A stretch of DNA of 64,000 bases, taken from IMG/VR virus record IMGVR_UViG_3300020438_000025; one strand, written 5' to 3'. The notes under the pieces were generated by a model. The model searched no databases. It was not told the DNA's origin and saw only the letters and a program-made list of their open reading frames with translations. Shown piece after piece: positions 1 to 7,297 of this stretch; within the stretch, counting starts at the first letter, position 1; every line of letters begins with the position of its first letter. Source of the DNA: an uncultured virus (IMG/VR IMGVR_UViG_3300020438_000025) (lineage: Duplodnaviria > Heunggongvirae > Uroviricota > Caudoviricetes). The translations under genes were made by a program, and so were the position numbers.

Positions 1-20
1 GATGATAGTAGATGAGACTC

Positions 21-57
21 TCAAAAGTATCAAAAGTATCAAAAGTATCAAAAGTAT
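21..57. repeat. 9-bp tandem repeat (TCAAAAGTA)x4
   Basis: Four exact copies at 21, 30, 39 and 48. Reads KSI-KSI-KSI-KSI-stop in the frame starting at base 2. Confidence 0.9.
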
Positions 58-159
58 TTGAACTATGCCTCTCGTCACCGGTCGGACAGATTTTTTCCAT
101 ACCGTGCTAGATTTTCTTTTTTCGTAATAAAATTTCCCACATTTAAACGACAAAAATGG

Positions 160-211
160 TTGACAACGAGATCACCATTTGCTATACTATAAGAACAGTG
201 AGCAACTGCTC
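160..211 (+). promoter_or_regulatory. Early sigma70 promoter P1 plus conserved leader
   Basis: TTGACA(160)-17 bp-TATACT(183), then ATAAGAACAGTGAGC-AACT-GCTC. Confidence 0.9.
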
Positions 212-243
212 CAACTTTCCCAAACTCCATTCCAGGAGATCCC

Positions 244-600
244 GTGTCAAAAGAATTCACTCCTTTCATTATCAAGTACCTCGAAGCTATCAAAAGTGAC
301 TATGCTAACACTATGACTGTGACCGGCGAACCTTTGACTGAGTCACAATGGGGCATCCGTAAGAAGATGCGACTAGAGTTCAACGACGGTGTGCACTATA
401 CAGTAGGCAAGAAGTATATCAAGGTAGTCACTGGATCATCAGTCCACAGCTTTATAGTTAACACGGACACCGACTCGAAGTTTAGGAAAGGAGACATCCT
501 AAAAGCAGCCAGTTGGGCTGCTCCCGCGAGGAACAGTAGCCGAGGCAATATCATGTCCGACTACACTACACAATGGACAGGCGCACCTTACATCAACTAA
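244..600 (+). CDS. Conserved early hypothetical protein of T4-like phages
   Basis: GTG start after a GGAG RBS. The KYIKV...VHSFI...KGDILKAASWAAPA motif is seen in small T4-like phage proteins. Confidence 0.8.
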   Translation: MSKEFTPFIIKYLEAIKSDYANTMTVTGEPLTESQWGIRKKMRLEFNDGVHYTVGKKYIKVVTGSSVHSFIVNTDTDSKFRKGDILKAASWAAPARNSSRGNIMSDYTTQWTGAPYIN

Positions 601-614
601 CACAAGGAGACACT

Positions 615-782
615 ATGGCAGAGCTAAGAAAAGTGACCTCGAAGACTATCACTGAAGAGATCAAGGCAATGCGAGCACAACACCGGAAGGACATCGCTGC
701 CAAGAAAGAACTGCTAGAGATCGTGACACTGCAAGAACAGCTCGGTGCCCAGAAACTGCAGATGACACTGGACAGTCAATGA
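615..782 (+). CDS. Small coiled-coil early hypothetical protein
   Basis: AAGGAG RBS at 604-609 and ATG at 615, rather than the 573 start in the ORF track. Confidence 0.75.
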   Translation: MAELRKVTSKTITEEIKAMRAQHRKDIAAKKELLEIVTLQEQLGAQKLQMTLDSQ

Positions 783-808
783 ACTAAATATTATGTTTTA
801 CAAAAAAA

Positions 809-871
809 ACTCCGTCCAAGGTGGGGCGAAAAACCTTGTGATATCAGTGACTTAGAGTTAAGTCGTTGATA
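809..871. promoter_or_regulatory. Upstream element copy 1: ACTCCGTCC box plus inverted pair of IHF-consensus sites
   Basis: TATCAGTGACTTA (842-854) and reverse-strand TATCAACGACTTA (859-871) both fit WATCARNNNNTTR. Confidence 0.65.
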
Positions 872-890
872 TTACAGGGATTCATTTCGG

Positions 891-944
891 TTGTGTTTTT
901 ATCTCAACTCAACTATACTATTAGGACAGTGAGCGAAACAGCTC
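891..944 (+). promoter_or_regulatory. Early sigma70 promoter P2 plus conserved leader
   Basis: TTGTGT(891)-17-TATACT(914), then ATTAGGACAGTGAGC-GAAACA-GCTC. Confidence 0.85.
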
Positions 945-971
945 CAATTTGATACTCCATTGAGATTATAC

Positions 972-1274
972 ATGCTGACAACAAAGAACGCTCGGATGAT
1001 TGTGAAACTGGCATTAGGCGAATCACGCTATGCCGATCTGGATCGAGCTTATACTGACTCTGTGAATCAAACGGATCTTAGGTTGTTGACATTTGGAGAA
1101 ATCAACAAGGTTAAGGAAAGAGGATTCACAGTGAAAGACATCAACCGAGTTGCTCGCGCACTAAAGGAGGTTGACAGCAGCATACGTGTCTATGGTACTA
1201 GCAAAATACCCGCAGCAGCAGGGACTGATGACAAGTATAACTATCTCAAAGTTGGTCATGTCACTATTAGCTGA
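972..1274 (+). CDS. Early hypothetical protein
   Basis: ATG at 972, downstream of the P2 leader; open 100-aa frame. Confidence 0.75.
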   Translation: MLTTKNARMIVKLALGESRYADLDRAYTDSVNQTDLRLLTFGEINKVKERGFTVKDINRVARALKEVDSSIRVYGTSKIPAAAGTDDKYNYLKVGHVTIS

Positions 1275-1292
1275 AAAAAGATAAAAAACCGG

Positions 1293-1344
1293 TTGACTTC
1301 TACACAGGAGTCAACTATACTATAAAGACAGTGAGCAACAGCTC
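1293..1344 (+). promoter_or_regulatory. Early sigma70 promoter P3 plus conserved leader
   Basis: TTGACT(1293)-17-TATACT(1316), then ATAAAGACAGTGAGC-AACA-GCTC. Confidence 0.9.
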
Positions 1345-1375
1345 CATCCTTCCAAAACTCCACAGTGAGTCTCAA

Positions 1376-1549
1376 ATGCTACAAGCAATCAGATCAGCAT
1401 CAGGTTTAATCGCAGTCCTTTGTGTCTTTGTTGCCGCGGGTAGCGACAGCTGGCCAGCTATCATCTGCAGCAGTGTCCTAGCAGTCCTGTTTGGTGTAAT
1501 TGAACTGGACGAGGCACGTGAGATGGGATTTTTCCAAGAAGAAGAATAA
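1376..1549 (+). CDS. Small two-TM membrane protein
   Basis: ATG at 1376 after the P3 leader; two hydrophobic stretches and an acidic tail. Confidence 0.7.
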   Translation: MLQAIRSASGLIAVLCVFVAAGSDSWPAIICSSVLAVLFGVIELDEAREMGFFQEEE

Positions 1550-1556
1550 AAAAAGG

Positions 1557-1610
1557 TTGACTTTTGGCGCTTGATCCCATATACTATTAAGACAGTGGGC
1601 GACAAGCTCA
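1557..1610 (+). promoter_or_regulatory. Early sigma70 promoter P4 plus conserved leader
   Basis: TTGACT(1557)-17-TATACT(1580), then ATTAAGACAGTGGGC-GACAA-GCTCA. Confidence 0.9.
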
Positions 1611-1639
1611 GCCAATCCGCAACACCACCGGAGACCGAT

Positions 1640-2146
1640 ATGCCAAGCCAATTCAGTACTGTACTTGCCACCGAACTTGATCTCCGTGATGATCTACTGG
1701 GCACCATCAGTGACTCCTACAAGGATGCGCACGGTGTCCGACCTTCACTCAGCCGCTACCGTGAAATGACTAACCTTCAGCTTGAAGCCGAAATTGAAAA
1801 GCTTGGTCATGAAGTCGAAGCCGCTATCCAGCAGGAACAGCAGAGGGATCTCCGTGCGGTAGCTGACTTCCAGGCACGTATCCAGCAAACCATCCAGAGC
1901 GGTGCTGGTGATGATGTCACCGCACTCCGCTGGACCATCCAACCAGAAACATTCTACTCTGCACAATGCATTGATCACTTCCTGTGGTCACAGGGCATCC
2001 TATTCACCGACTACGGTCGATCACTGGCAACACAGATCCAGGAGATCCTAGACACCAATGGCATGTGGTCGGACTGTGAGCTGGACGAGTATCTCACAGT
2101 CCAGGCTCGCTACGAAGATGCCTATGCCGGTTCACCGGACTACTAA
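1640..2146 (+). CDS. Conserved early hypothetical protein of T4-like phages
   Basis: GGAG RBS at 1630 and ATG at 1640. The ISDSYKDAHGVRP...GAGDDVTALRW motif is typical of a T4-like phage family of unknown function. Confidence 0.8.
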   Translation: MPSQFSTVLATELDLRDDLLGTISDSYKDAHGVRPSLSRYREMTNLQLEAEIEKLGHEVEAAIQQEQQRDLRAVADFQARIQQTIQSGAGDDVTALRWTIQPETFYSAQCIDHFLWSQGILFTDYGRSLATQIQEILDTNGMWSDCELDEYLTVQARYEDAYAGSPDY

Positions 2147-2150
2147 AAAA

Positions 2151-2213
2151 ACTCCGTCCGCAGCGAGGAAAGATCCCCTGTTATATCAGTGACTTAGCTG
2201 TAAACAGTTGATA
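2151..2213. promoter_or_regulatory. Upstream element copy 2: ACTCCGTCC box plus inverted pair of IHF-consensus sites
   Basis: TATCAGTGACTTA (2184-2196) and reverse-strand TATCAACTGTTTA (2201-2213); spacings are identical to copy 1. Confidence 0.65.
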
Positions 2214-2232
2214 TGATAGAGGATCTTTTTTG

Positions 2233-2286
2233 TTGATCTTTTTGTTAAGATTTTGTATACTATAAAGACAGTGAGCGATTAGCTCA
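2233..2286 (+). promoter_or_regulatory. Early sigma70 promoter P5 plus conserved leader
   Basis: TTGATC(2233)-17-TATACT(2256), then ATAAAGACAGTGAGC-GATTA-GCTCA. Confidence 0.85.
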
Positions 2287-2315
2287 GCCATTCAGCAACA
2301 CCAACGAGATCGACT

Positions 2316-2519
2316 ATGACCAGTGCACAGATCCAAGCAGCAACCGAAAGATTTTTAAACGGCGGCGGCGAGATCCGAGTCTGCCCCGAAGGCATGCAGC
2401 AGCCAACCGCAGCAGAGCTGATGAGCATGCTAGAGCGCATCGTAGATGCAGCAGGGGTCGATCCAGATGACCGCGACGGTGACTACATACACGAGCACAG
2501 AATATTCTTCAAAAACTAA
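2316..2519 (+). CDS. Small early hypothetical protein
   Basis: ATG after the P5 leader; the FLNGGGEIRVCP motif is common in small phage proteins. Confidence 0.75.
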   Translation: MTSAQIQAATERFLNGGGEIRVCPEGMQQPTAAELMSMLERIVDAAGVDPDDRDGDYIHEHRIFFKN

Positions 2520-2527
2520 AAAAAAGC

Positions 2528-2579
2528 TTGACAGCAGCCCCAGAGGCTGCTATACTATTAGAACAGTGAGCAACAGCTC
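2528..2579 (+). promoter_or_regulatory. Early sigma70 promoter P6 plus conserved leader
   Basis: TTGACA(2528)-17-TATACT(2551), then ATTAGAACAGTGAGC-AACA-GCTC. Confidence 0.9.
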
Positions 2580-2607
2580 CATCCTGCCAACTCCACTAGG
2601 AGACACA

Positions 2608-3609
2608 ATGTCAAACGTTAGAATACTTGAGGGAACCTACAAGATCAGAGGCAATGACACATCAGTTGCCGGCATGGTGTTCCCACTAGTTGATGAGTTC
2701 CGCTTTGGTTCAAACGGCGGATTCGTAACCGTAGACGCTAGGGGAGTCGCCGGCTTCCCAGACCGCAACATCAAGATCCGTGTTGAAGGACCTGCCAGCT
2801 ATGAGCTCACCGATGCACCGCAGCTCACACAGAGAGAAGAGACAGACGAAGAGACCATAGAGCGACTGCGCGAGCGCTTCGACATGTTAGAGGACATGAC
2901 CAGAGCCTGCAAGAAAGGTGATGTACGTGCCATGATAGTGTCAGGACCTCCAGGCGTAGGCAAGAGTCATGGTGTTGAGAAAGTACTTACAAAACACAAC
3001 CTAGTGTCGACACTAAGTGAGAAAGCGCCACGCTTCATAGTAGTAAAGGGAGCAATGTCGCCGCTAGGTCTGTACATGAAATTGTTCAACTACAGTGACC
3101 GTGACAATGTAGTAGTGTTCGATGACTGTGATTCTGTGTTCCAAGATGATCTTAGCCTTAACATCCTCAAGGCTGCACTAGATAGCAAGAAGACACGCAA
3201 GATATTCTGGAACACGGACAGTCGTGCACTGAGAGCAGAAGGCATTCCAGATCAGTTCGAATTCAAAGGCTCAGCTATATTCATTACCAATCTAAAGTTT
3301 GAGAAAGTAAAAGGCAAGCTGAGAGAGCACCTAGCCGCACTAGAGTCACGCTGCCACTATGTTGATCTTACTATAGACACTGATCGTGAGAAGATGTTAC
3401 GCATCAAGCAGATCGTGAAAGACGGCATGTTGAACGAGTACAACTTCCAAGAAGACACCGTAGAAGAGATCACTGACTTTGTTACCATAAACAAAGACCG
3501 CCTCAGAGAACTAAGCTTGAGGACAGTACTAAAGATCGCCGACTTGGCAAAGGCCTTTCCTGACCGTTGGGAGAGCATGGCGGAGAACACCGTCATGAAG
3601 CGTGGTTAA
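2608..3609 (+). CDS. AAA+ family ATPase
   Basis: AGGAG RBS and ATG at 2608. Walker A GPPGVGKS, Walker B VVVFDDCD, sensor-I FITN, arginine finger ALESR. Confidence 0.9.
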   Translation: MSNVRILEGTYKIRGNDTSVAGMVFPLVDEFRFGSNGGFVTVDARGVAGFPDRNIKIRVEGPASYELTDAPQLTQREETDEETIERLRERFDMLEDMTRACKKGDVRAMIVSGPPGVGKSHGVEKVLTKHNLVSTLSEKAPRFIVVKGAMSPLGLYMKLFNYSDRDNVVVFDDCDSVFQDDLSLNILKAALDSKKTRKIFWNTDSRALRAEGIPDQFEFKGSAIFITNLKFEKVKGKLREHLAALESRCHYVDLTIDTDREKMLRIKQIVKDGMLNEYNFQEDTVEEITDFVTINKDRLRELSLRTVLKIADLAKAFPDRWESMAENTVMKRG

Positions 3610-3642
3610 TTATTTCCGTAATGCATTATCAAGGAGCTGACT

Positions 3643-3822
3643 ATGACTGTTAAACTAACTGAACAACAAGAACTTGAAGTAGAGATCTGTTTCGTACAAC
3701 GAGAACTTGAACTGCTGCGCAAACCCAATCCCACCTTGGTCAGCGTACTAAGCCAACTAAGGACCAAGCATGCAAAGCTTACCTCAACCAACTACGTAAA
3801 CCGCACAGCAGTACCTGCCTAA
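3643..3822 (+). CDS. 59-aa hypothetical protein (not in the ORF track)
   Basis: AAGGAG RBS at 3631; reads MTVKLTEQQELEVEICFVQRELELLRK...TAVPA*. Confidence 0.75.
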   Translation: MTVKLTEQQELEVEICFVQRELELLRKPNPTLVSVLSQLRTKHAKLTSTNYVNRTAVPA

Positions 3823-3832
3823 ACAACAACCA

Positions 3833-3850
3833 GGCTGGGGCAACCCAGCC
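3833..3850 (+). other. GC-rich GNRA-tetraloop hairpin between genes
   Basis: GGCTGGG-GCAA-CCCAGCC with no U-tract; more likely an mRNA stability or processing element than a terminator. Confidence 0.6.
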
Positions 3851-3866
3851 ACTCAAAGGATCCAAT

Positions 3867-4067
3867 ATGCTTACCAGAGAACAGTGTCTAGCAGTGCCAG
3901 GTTCACCATACTGGTGCGGTGCACAGGACAAGCAGCAAGGACTGAAGTCACGCCCACACTATTATCCCAGCTTACCAGCAGGCTCAATGAAGCGCTGGGG
4001 ACCAGACAAGATGATGACATCAGAGGTAGCAGAGTACGAGCTAGGCTATGCGGAGGGTAAGCTATGA
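3867..4067 (+). CDS. Small early hypothetical protein
   Basis: AAGGA RBS; GSPY..G..D...RPHYY...MTSEVAEYELGY motif typical of small phage proteins. Confidence 0.75.
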   Translation: MLTREQCLAVPGSPYWCGAQDKQQGLKSRPHYYPSLPAGSMKRWGPDKMMTSEVAEYELGYAEGKL

Positions 4068-4264
4068 ACCAGCTAGAGCGTGCAGAGCGGGTGCAGCGAG
4101 CAGTAGAGAATCTAGAACGACTGATGTGGGAACGTGATCGGATCGATAGAGACATCGCCCAGGCAACCATCGTGATCGATAGATTACAAGATAAAAAATC
4201 AAACCTCGACGAGGATGAATTTAGAAAAAATTTTTCGGTGGGGAGGTATATAAATAAAAGCTAA
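4064..4264 (+). CDS. Small coiled-coil hypothetical protein
   Basis: GGAGG RBS and ATGA overlap with the upstream gene. Confidence 0.7.
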   Translation: MNQLERAERVQRAVENLERLMWERDRIDRDIAQATIVIDRLQDKKSNLDEDEFRKNFSVGRYINKS

Positions 4265-4387
4265 CAATTACAAGCACTTAGCTTAACGACCCCATATGTG
4301 CAAAATCACCACCCAGAATCTGTAAGTACTTCACCATAAAAATCCGCGCGGTGAAAATTTTTCCCTACAGGACCCCTTCATAGTGTA

Positions 4388-5017
4388 CTACAATGGCACA
4401 TAGTCACCTATGTCTATCCATACTAACATATCCTGATGGAATCCAAAATTGCCAAGACCTAGCGTATTTGTTAGCCTAGCTTTAAGTATTTTTTTTGCAA
4501 ACTTTGTGTTGTGAATTTTACCTTGTTCTATCATACGTTTTAAAACCGTAGTAAAATACGCTTGTTCAACAGACACAGTATCAACCACTTGAATCCTATC
4601 GCATATAGCATAGTATTGGTAATAATCGTGTGGCAATATATAATGTTTTTTGCGATCGTGTCGATCATATGTATCTTTCTCTCTCTGCCATTCTCCAGGC
4701 TCACAGAAAAGCTTAATAACCCGTGGCCAAGCTGTGTTTTCCAGAGCGAAAACCTGTTTGTGCAAACCACAGTCTAACCATTGTGCACCAGTTAGACCTA
4801 GGCGTTTACTCTGTCGATAACAGTGTTTGTAACGGTCCTTGAGTCCACTTTCTATCCTACTCCTAGGTTCTCCTAGTTCTTCATATAGGAACGTGATATA
4901 TGGCCATGTTTCATCGTGTGGTACAGTGGTGCTGCTTATCGCTATTGGACTAGTAGGATTATGTAATCGCTTGGGAGGATTGTGCATCCACCAAAGATTG
5001 TTAAACTTGTGCATCAA
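4388..5017 (-). CDS. Protein-kinase-like fold protein, possibly a pseudokinase
   Basis: CGLHKQVF (Gly-loop-like), VIK, a helix-C Glu, GNFG and WIDIG (DFG-like). The catalytic-loop Asp is not evident. Confidence 0.5.
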   Translation of the reverse strand: MMHKFNNLWWMHNPPKRLHNPTSPIAISSTTVPHDETWPYITFLYEELGEPRSRIESGLKDRYKHCYRQSKRLGLTGAQWLDCGLHKQVFALENTAWPRVIKLFCEPGEWQREKDTYDRHDRKKHYILPHDYYQYYAICDRIQVVDTVSVEQAYFTTVLKRMIEQGKIHNTKFAKKILKARLTNTLGLGNFGFHQDMLVWIDIGDYVPL

Positions 5018-5426
5018 GTTTAACCAACTTTACACTGTGATTATTGGGCACTGCTCTCATCAATTCACCAGCCATGTTGAATCTCATGCTCAGCTCTCCA
5101 AAGATATCTGCTGTGCAGCGTTGATACGCTGCCCTACCTATCACACTGTAGTACTCCGTGTTCACACCCCGATGTCGATGTCGCTGTGGGAACCAACCAT
5201 AGATCATCAGCGCACGATCGCCCACGGTTTTGCATTCGGTCTGTGTCACAGCACTAAGGTACTGTGTAGCGAAGGCTTCGCTGGAGTCAAGATCCACGCC
5301 ATCAACATACTGTGCCATCAGTTCTGTGATGTACAGTTCTAGGTGCATGGGCAACTCTATGCCCGTACGGTCTCGAGTCTCTCGGACCAGACTCTTCATC
5401 GCTTGTCTATACACTTGCTCTATCAT
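5001..5426 (-). CDS. Helical hypothetical protein with bacterial homologues
   Basis: VGDRALMIYGWFP...YY..IGRAAY pattern resembles a conserved proteobacterial hypothetical family. Confidence 0.7.
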   Translation of the reverse strand: MIEQVYRQAMKSLVRETRDRTGIELPMHLELYITELMAQYVDGVDLDSSEAFATQYLSAVTQTECKTVGDRALMIYGWFPQRHRHRGVNTEYYSVIGRAAYQRCTADIFGELSMRFNMAGELMRAVPNNHSVKLVKLDAQV

Positions 5427-5524
5427 ATATCCGGCACGTGCAGCACGGTCTCCAACACTGCGATCAGCACGAAGATCATCGCCATGGCCAGTAACCAGAT
5501 AAACATGTTCCTACCGTCGTTCAT
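5423..5524 (-). CDS. 33-aa single-TM microprotein (not in the ORF track)
   Basis: AAGGAG RBS; MNDGRNMFIWLLAMAMIFVLIAVLETVLHVPDI*; ATGA overlap with the next gene. Confidence 0.7.
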   Translation of the reverse strand: MNDGRNMFIWLLAMAMIFVLIAVLETVLHVPDI

Positions 5525-5625
5525 GGTGTGTTGCTCCTTTGTGATTATTTACCAGTTTTTTCTGCTAAAAACGCTTCGCGCTCTTTTCCTTTACCTGGCC
5601 AACAGCATTCAATATACACATCCAA

Positions 5626-5633
5626 GATAAATA
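5626..5633 (+). promoter_or_regulatory. Late-type promoter GATAAATA
   Basis: Matches the recurrent TAAATA motif found upstream of structural genes in this window. Confidence 0.55.
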
Positions 5634-5696
5634 CTTCTAGCGCTCTGCGCTTGTAGCACACATGGAAGTGTACTACAGTTTTTTCAAGGAGACTAT

Positions 5697-5924
5697 ATGG
5701 AAATTATCAGCAAGGTAAGTTCGTGGATACGTGGTGTTACGGAAGTAGCACTGAGCATACTCATGTTGGGCATCGTGGTACAGATTATCTTTGGTGCTAG
5801 CACTGTGTTCTTGCCTTTTGACATAATGGCAAATGTTATTGGATTCGTTAACGCTTTAGGCAGCCAAGGGTTGGTAGGCTTGATTGCACTGTGGATCCTC
5901 TGGGCTATCTACAGTAAGAAGTAA
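5697..5924 (+). CDS. Small two-TM membrane protein
   Basis: AAGGAG RBS; two hydrophobic helices and a GLVGLIAL motif. Confidence 0.85.
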   Translation: MEIISKVSSWIRGVTEVALSILMLGIVVQIIFGASTVFLPFDIMANVIGFVNALGSQGLVGLIALWILWAIYSKK

Positions 5925-5935
5925 AACCTAGTATC

Positions 5936-5953
5936 GCTGATCGCAAGGTCAGC
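5936..5953 (+). terminator. GNRA hairpin at the 3' end of convergent genes
   Basis: GCTGATC-GCAA-GGTCAGC; no clear U-tract. Confidence 0.45.
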
Positions 5954-5960
5954 ATCACAC

Positions 5961-6698
5961 TCACACACTATTTTGTTTCTTTAATAACAGAAGGGCAAAT
6001 TCAGCAAAGTTTTTATGTATATGATACCCAGGATGACATCCGTCAACACCATAAGCATTAAAGTTTTTGTTATTTTTATTTTGTATTGACACCAGGTTAG
6101 TAGGTTGCCAATCGATTTCACTCCATGCAAAATTACCAGGTTTTGGTATTAATTCATTTCTCCATGCCTTTGGTATAGACTTATTAGATTTAGGTATCTT
6201 ATAGATAACCTTATTATCAAAATGTGTCCTATCAAAACTATCAAAATGATAATTTTCTATTCCTAGTTTATCGAGCATTAATTTAACATGATTAGCATAA
6301 AGTTCTAATTCCATGTTATTATTATAATCAAAGTACAAATGTTTGTAGTATGCTCTTGCACCTCTGCACATGAAACCACATATTAACATATGAATCATTG
6401 TTGATCGAGTTTTAAATATTACATGTCTATCGATAAATGACCAATGAATTACTACAACAGTGTTTTTACAATCCATGGTGTGCCAAGGAATGGACACAAT
6501 GTCATGCCATAACAGTTTGTTACTAGCACCAGGAACAGATAAATTTTTACATTGCATATTTGTTGCGTCAGCTAGCATCTGTGGCCATGAAAATTTACTA
6601 GGTATATCATTACTGTGTTCTGTTTTATAAATACCAGTGTCTGATAAGCCAACTCCAAAACTATTACTACACCCAAATGCATATAATCTTGCTTCCAT
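5961..6698 (-). CDS. SGNH/GDSL hydrolase-like protein
   Basis: FGCSNSFG, NLSVPGASN and DGCHP blocks. Start is 4 nt below ATAAATA (6703-6709). Confidence 0.75.
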   Translation of the reverse strand: MEARLYAFGCSNSFGVGLSDTGIYKTEHSNDIPSKFSWPQMLADATNMQCKNLSVPGASNKLLWHDIVSIPWHTMDCKNTVVVIHWSFIDRHVIFKTRSTMIHMLICGFMCRGARAYYKHLYFDYNNNMELELYANHVKLMLDKLGIENYHFDSFDRTHFDNKVIYKIPKSNKSIPKAWRNELIPKPGNFAWSEIDWQPTNLVSIQNKNNKNFNAYGVDGCHPGYHIHKNFAEFALLLLKKQNSV

Positions 6699-6814
6699 AC
6701 TGTATTTATTAAATACCATATTTTAAATGATCAGCAATTACCACCAATTAAATAGCACTGCAACCACTGTTAAATGCAGGTTAGTAAAAAAACTATATAA
6801 TAATTTTTATATGT

Positions 6815-7297
6815 ATGCTTGATAAGATCTATCCAATTGAATCCCGTTCTTTTGATTTAATTTTTTTAAAATGGCAGAAAGCATGGAGTTTACAATACAA
6901 CACTGTTTGGTGGGATGCTGAAGTAGCATGGCATCAATGTAATGATCCATATATAATGCCTAGACAACAGTTCCAGCATCACATGGCAAGATATGCTTGG
7001 TGGTCACATTTTTTAATTTCACGCTATGATCACAGTGGTATTTGGGATTGGCATACAGATTCAGATTGTATAAAACTGTGGCGTAATTATGATGATCATA
7101 CACTGTACTCGGCAGATAGATCTATAACTGTGGTAATGCAAGGGCGGGTTACAATAAAAAAACAGCACACAGAACATGTACTTGAACCAGGTTATGGAGT
7201 TGCTATGTCAAGTAGGGAACAGTATTGTTTGCAAGCAGCGTCGGATACACTGCTTTATAACATCTGGGGAATGTGGCCTTGTGAGGTTAAGCCCTAG
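6815..7297 (+). CDS. Degenerate 2OG-Fe(II) oxygenase / double-stranded beta-helix protein
   Basis: RY...WHTD (HxD) and RSITVV motifs; the distal His and Arg ligands are not evident. Confidence 0.5.
   Translation: MLDKIYPIESRSFDLIFLKWQKAWSLQYNTVWWDAEVAWHQCNDPYIMPRQQFQHHMARYAWWSHFLISRYDHSGIWDWHTDSDCIKLWRNYDDHTLYSADRSITVVMQGRVTIKKQHTEHVLEPGYGVAMSSREQYCLQAASDTLLYNIWGMWPCEVKP

Noticed and set aside
21..57. 9-bp tandem repeat as replication iterons
   Set aside because: It lies at the window edge with no initiator gene and is equally explained as a coding KSI microsatellite.
183..2580. Repeated ACAGTGAGC...GCTC motif as a CRISPR array or integron attC series
   Set aside because: Spacing is 260-730 bp and irregular, the intervals hold genes, each copy is attached to a sigma70 promoter, and no cas gene, integrase or attC core sites are seen.
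2446..2607. Long N-terminal extensions in the ORF track (2446, 1571, 1331, 573, 18436, 26881, 51052)
   Set aside because: They run through promoters, leaders or neighbouring genes; downstream starts have an RBS, translational coupling or leaderless geometry.
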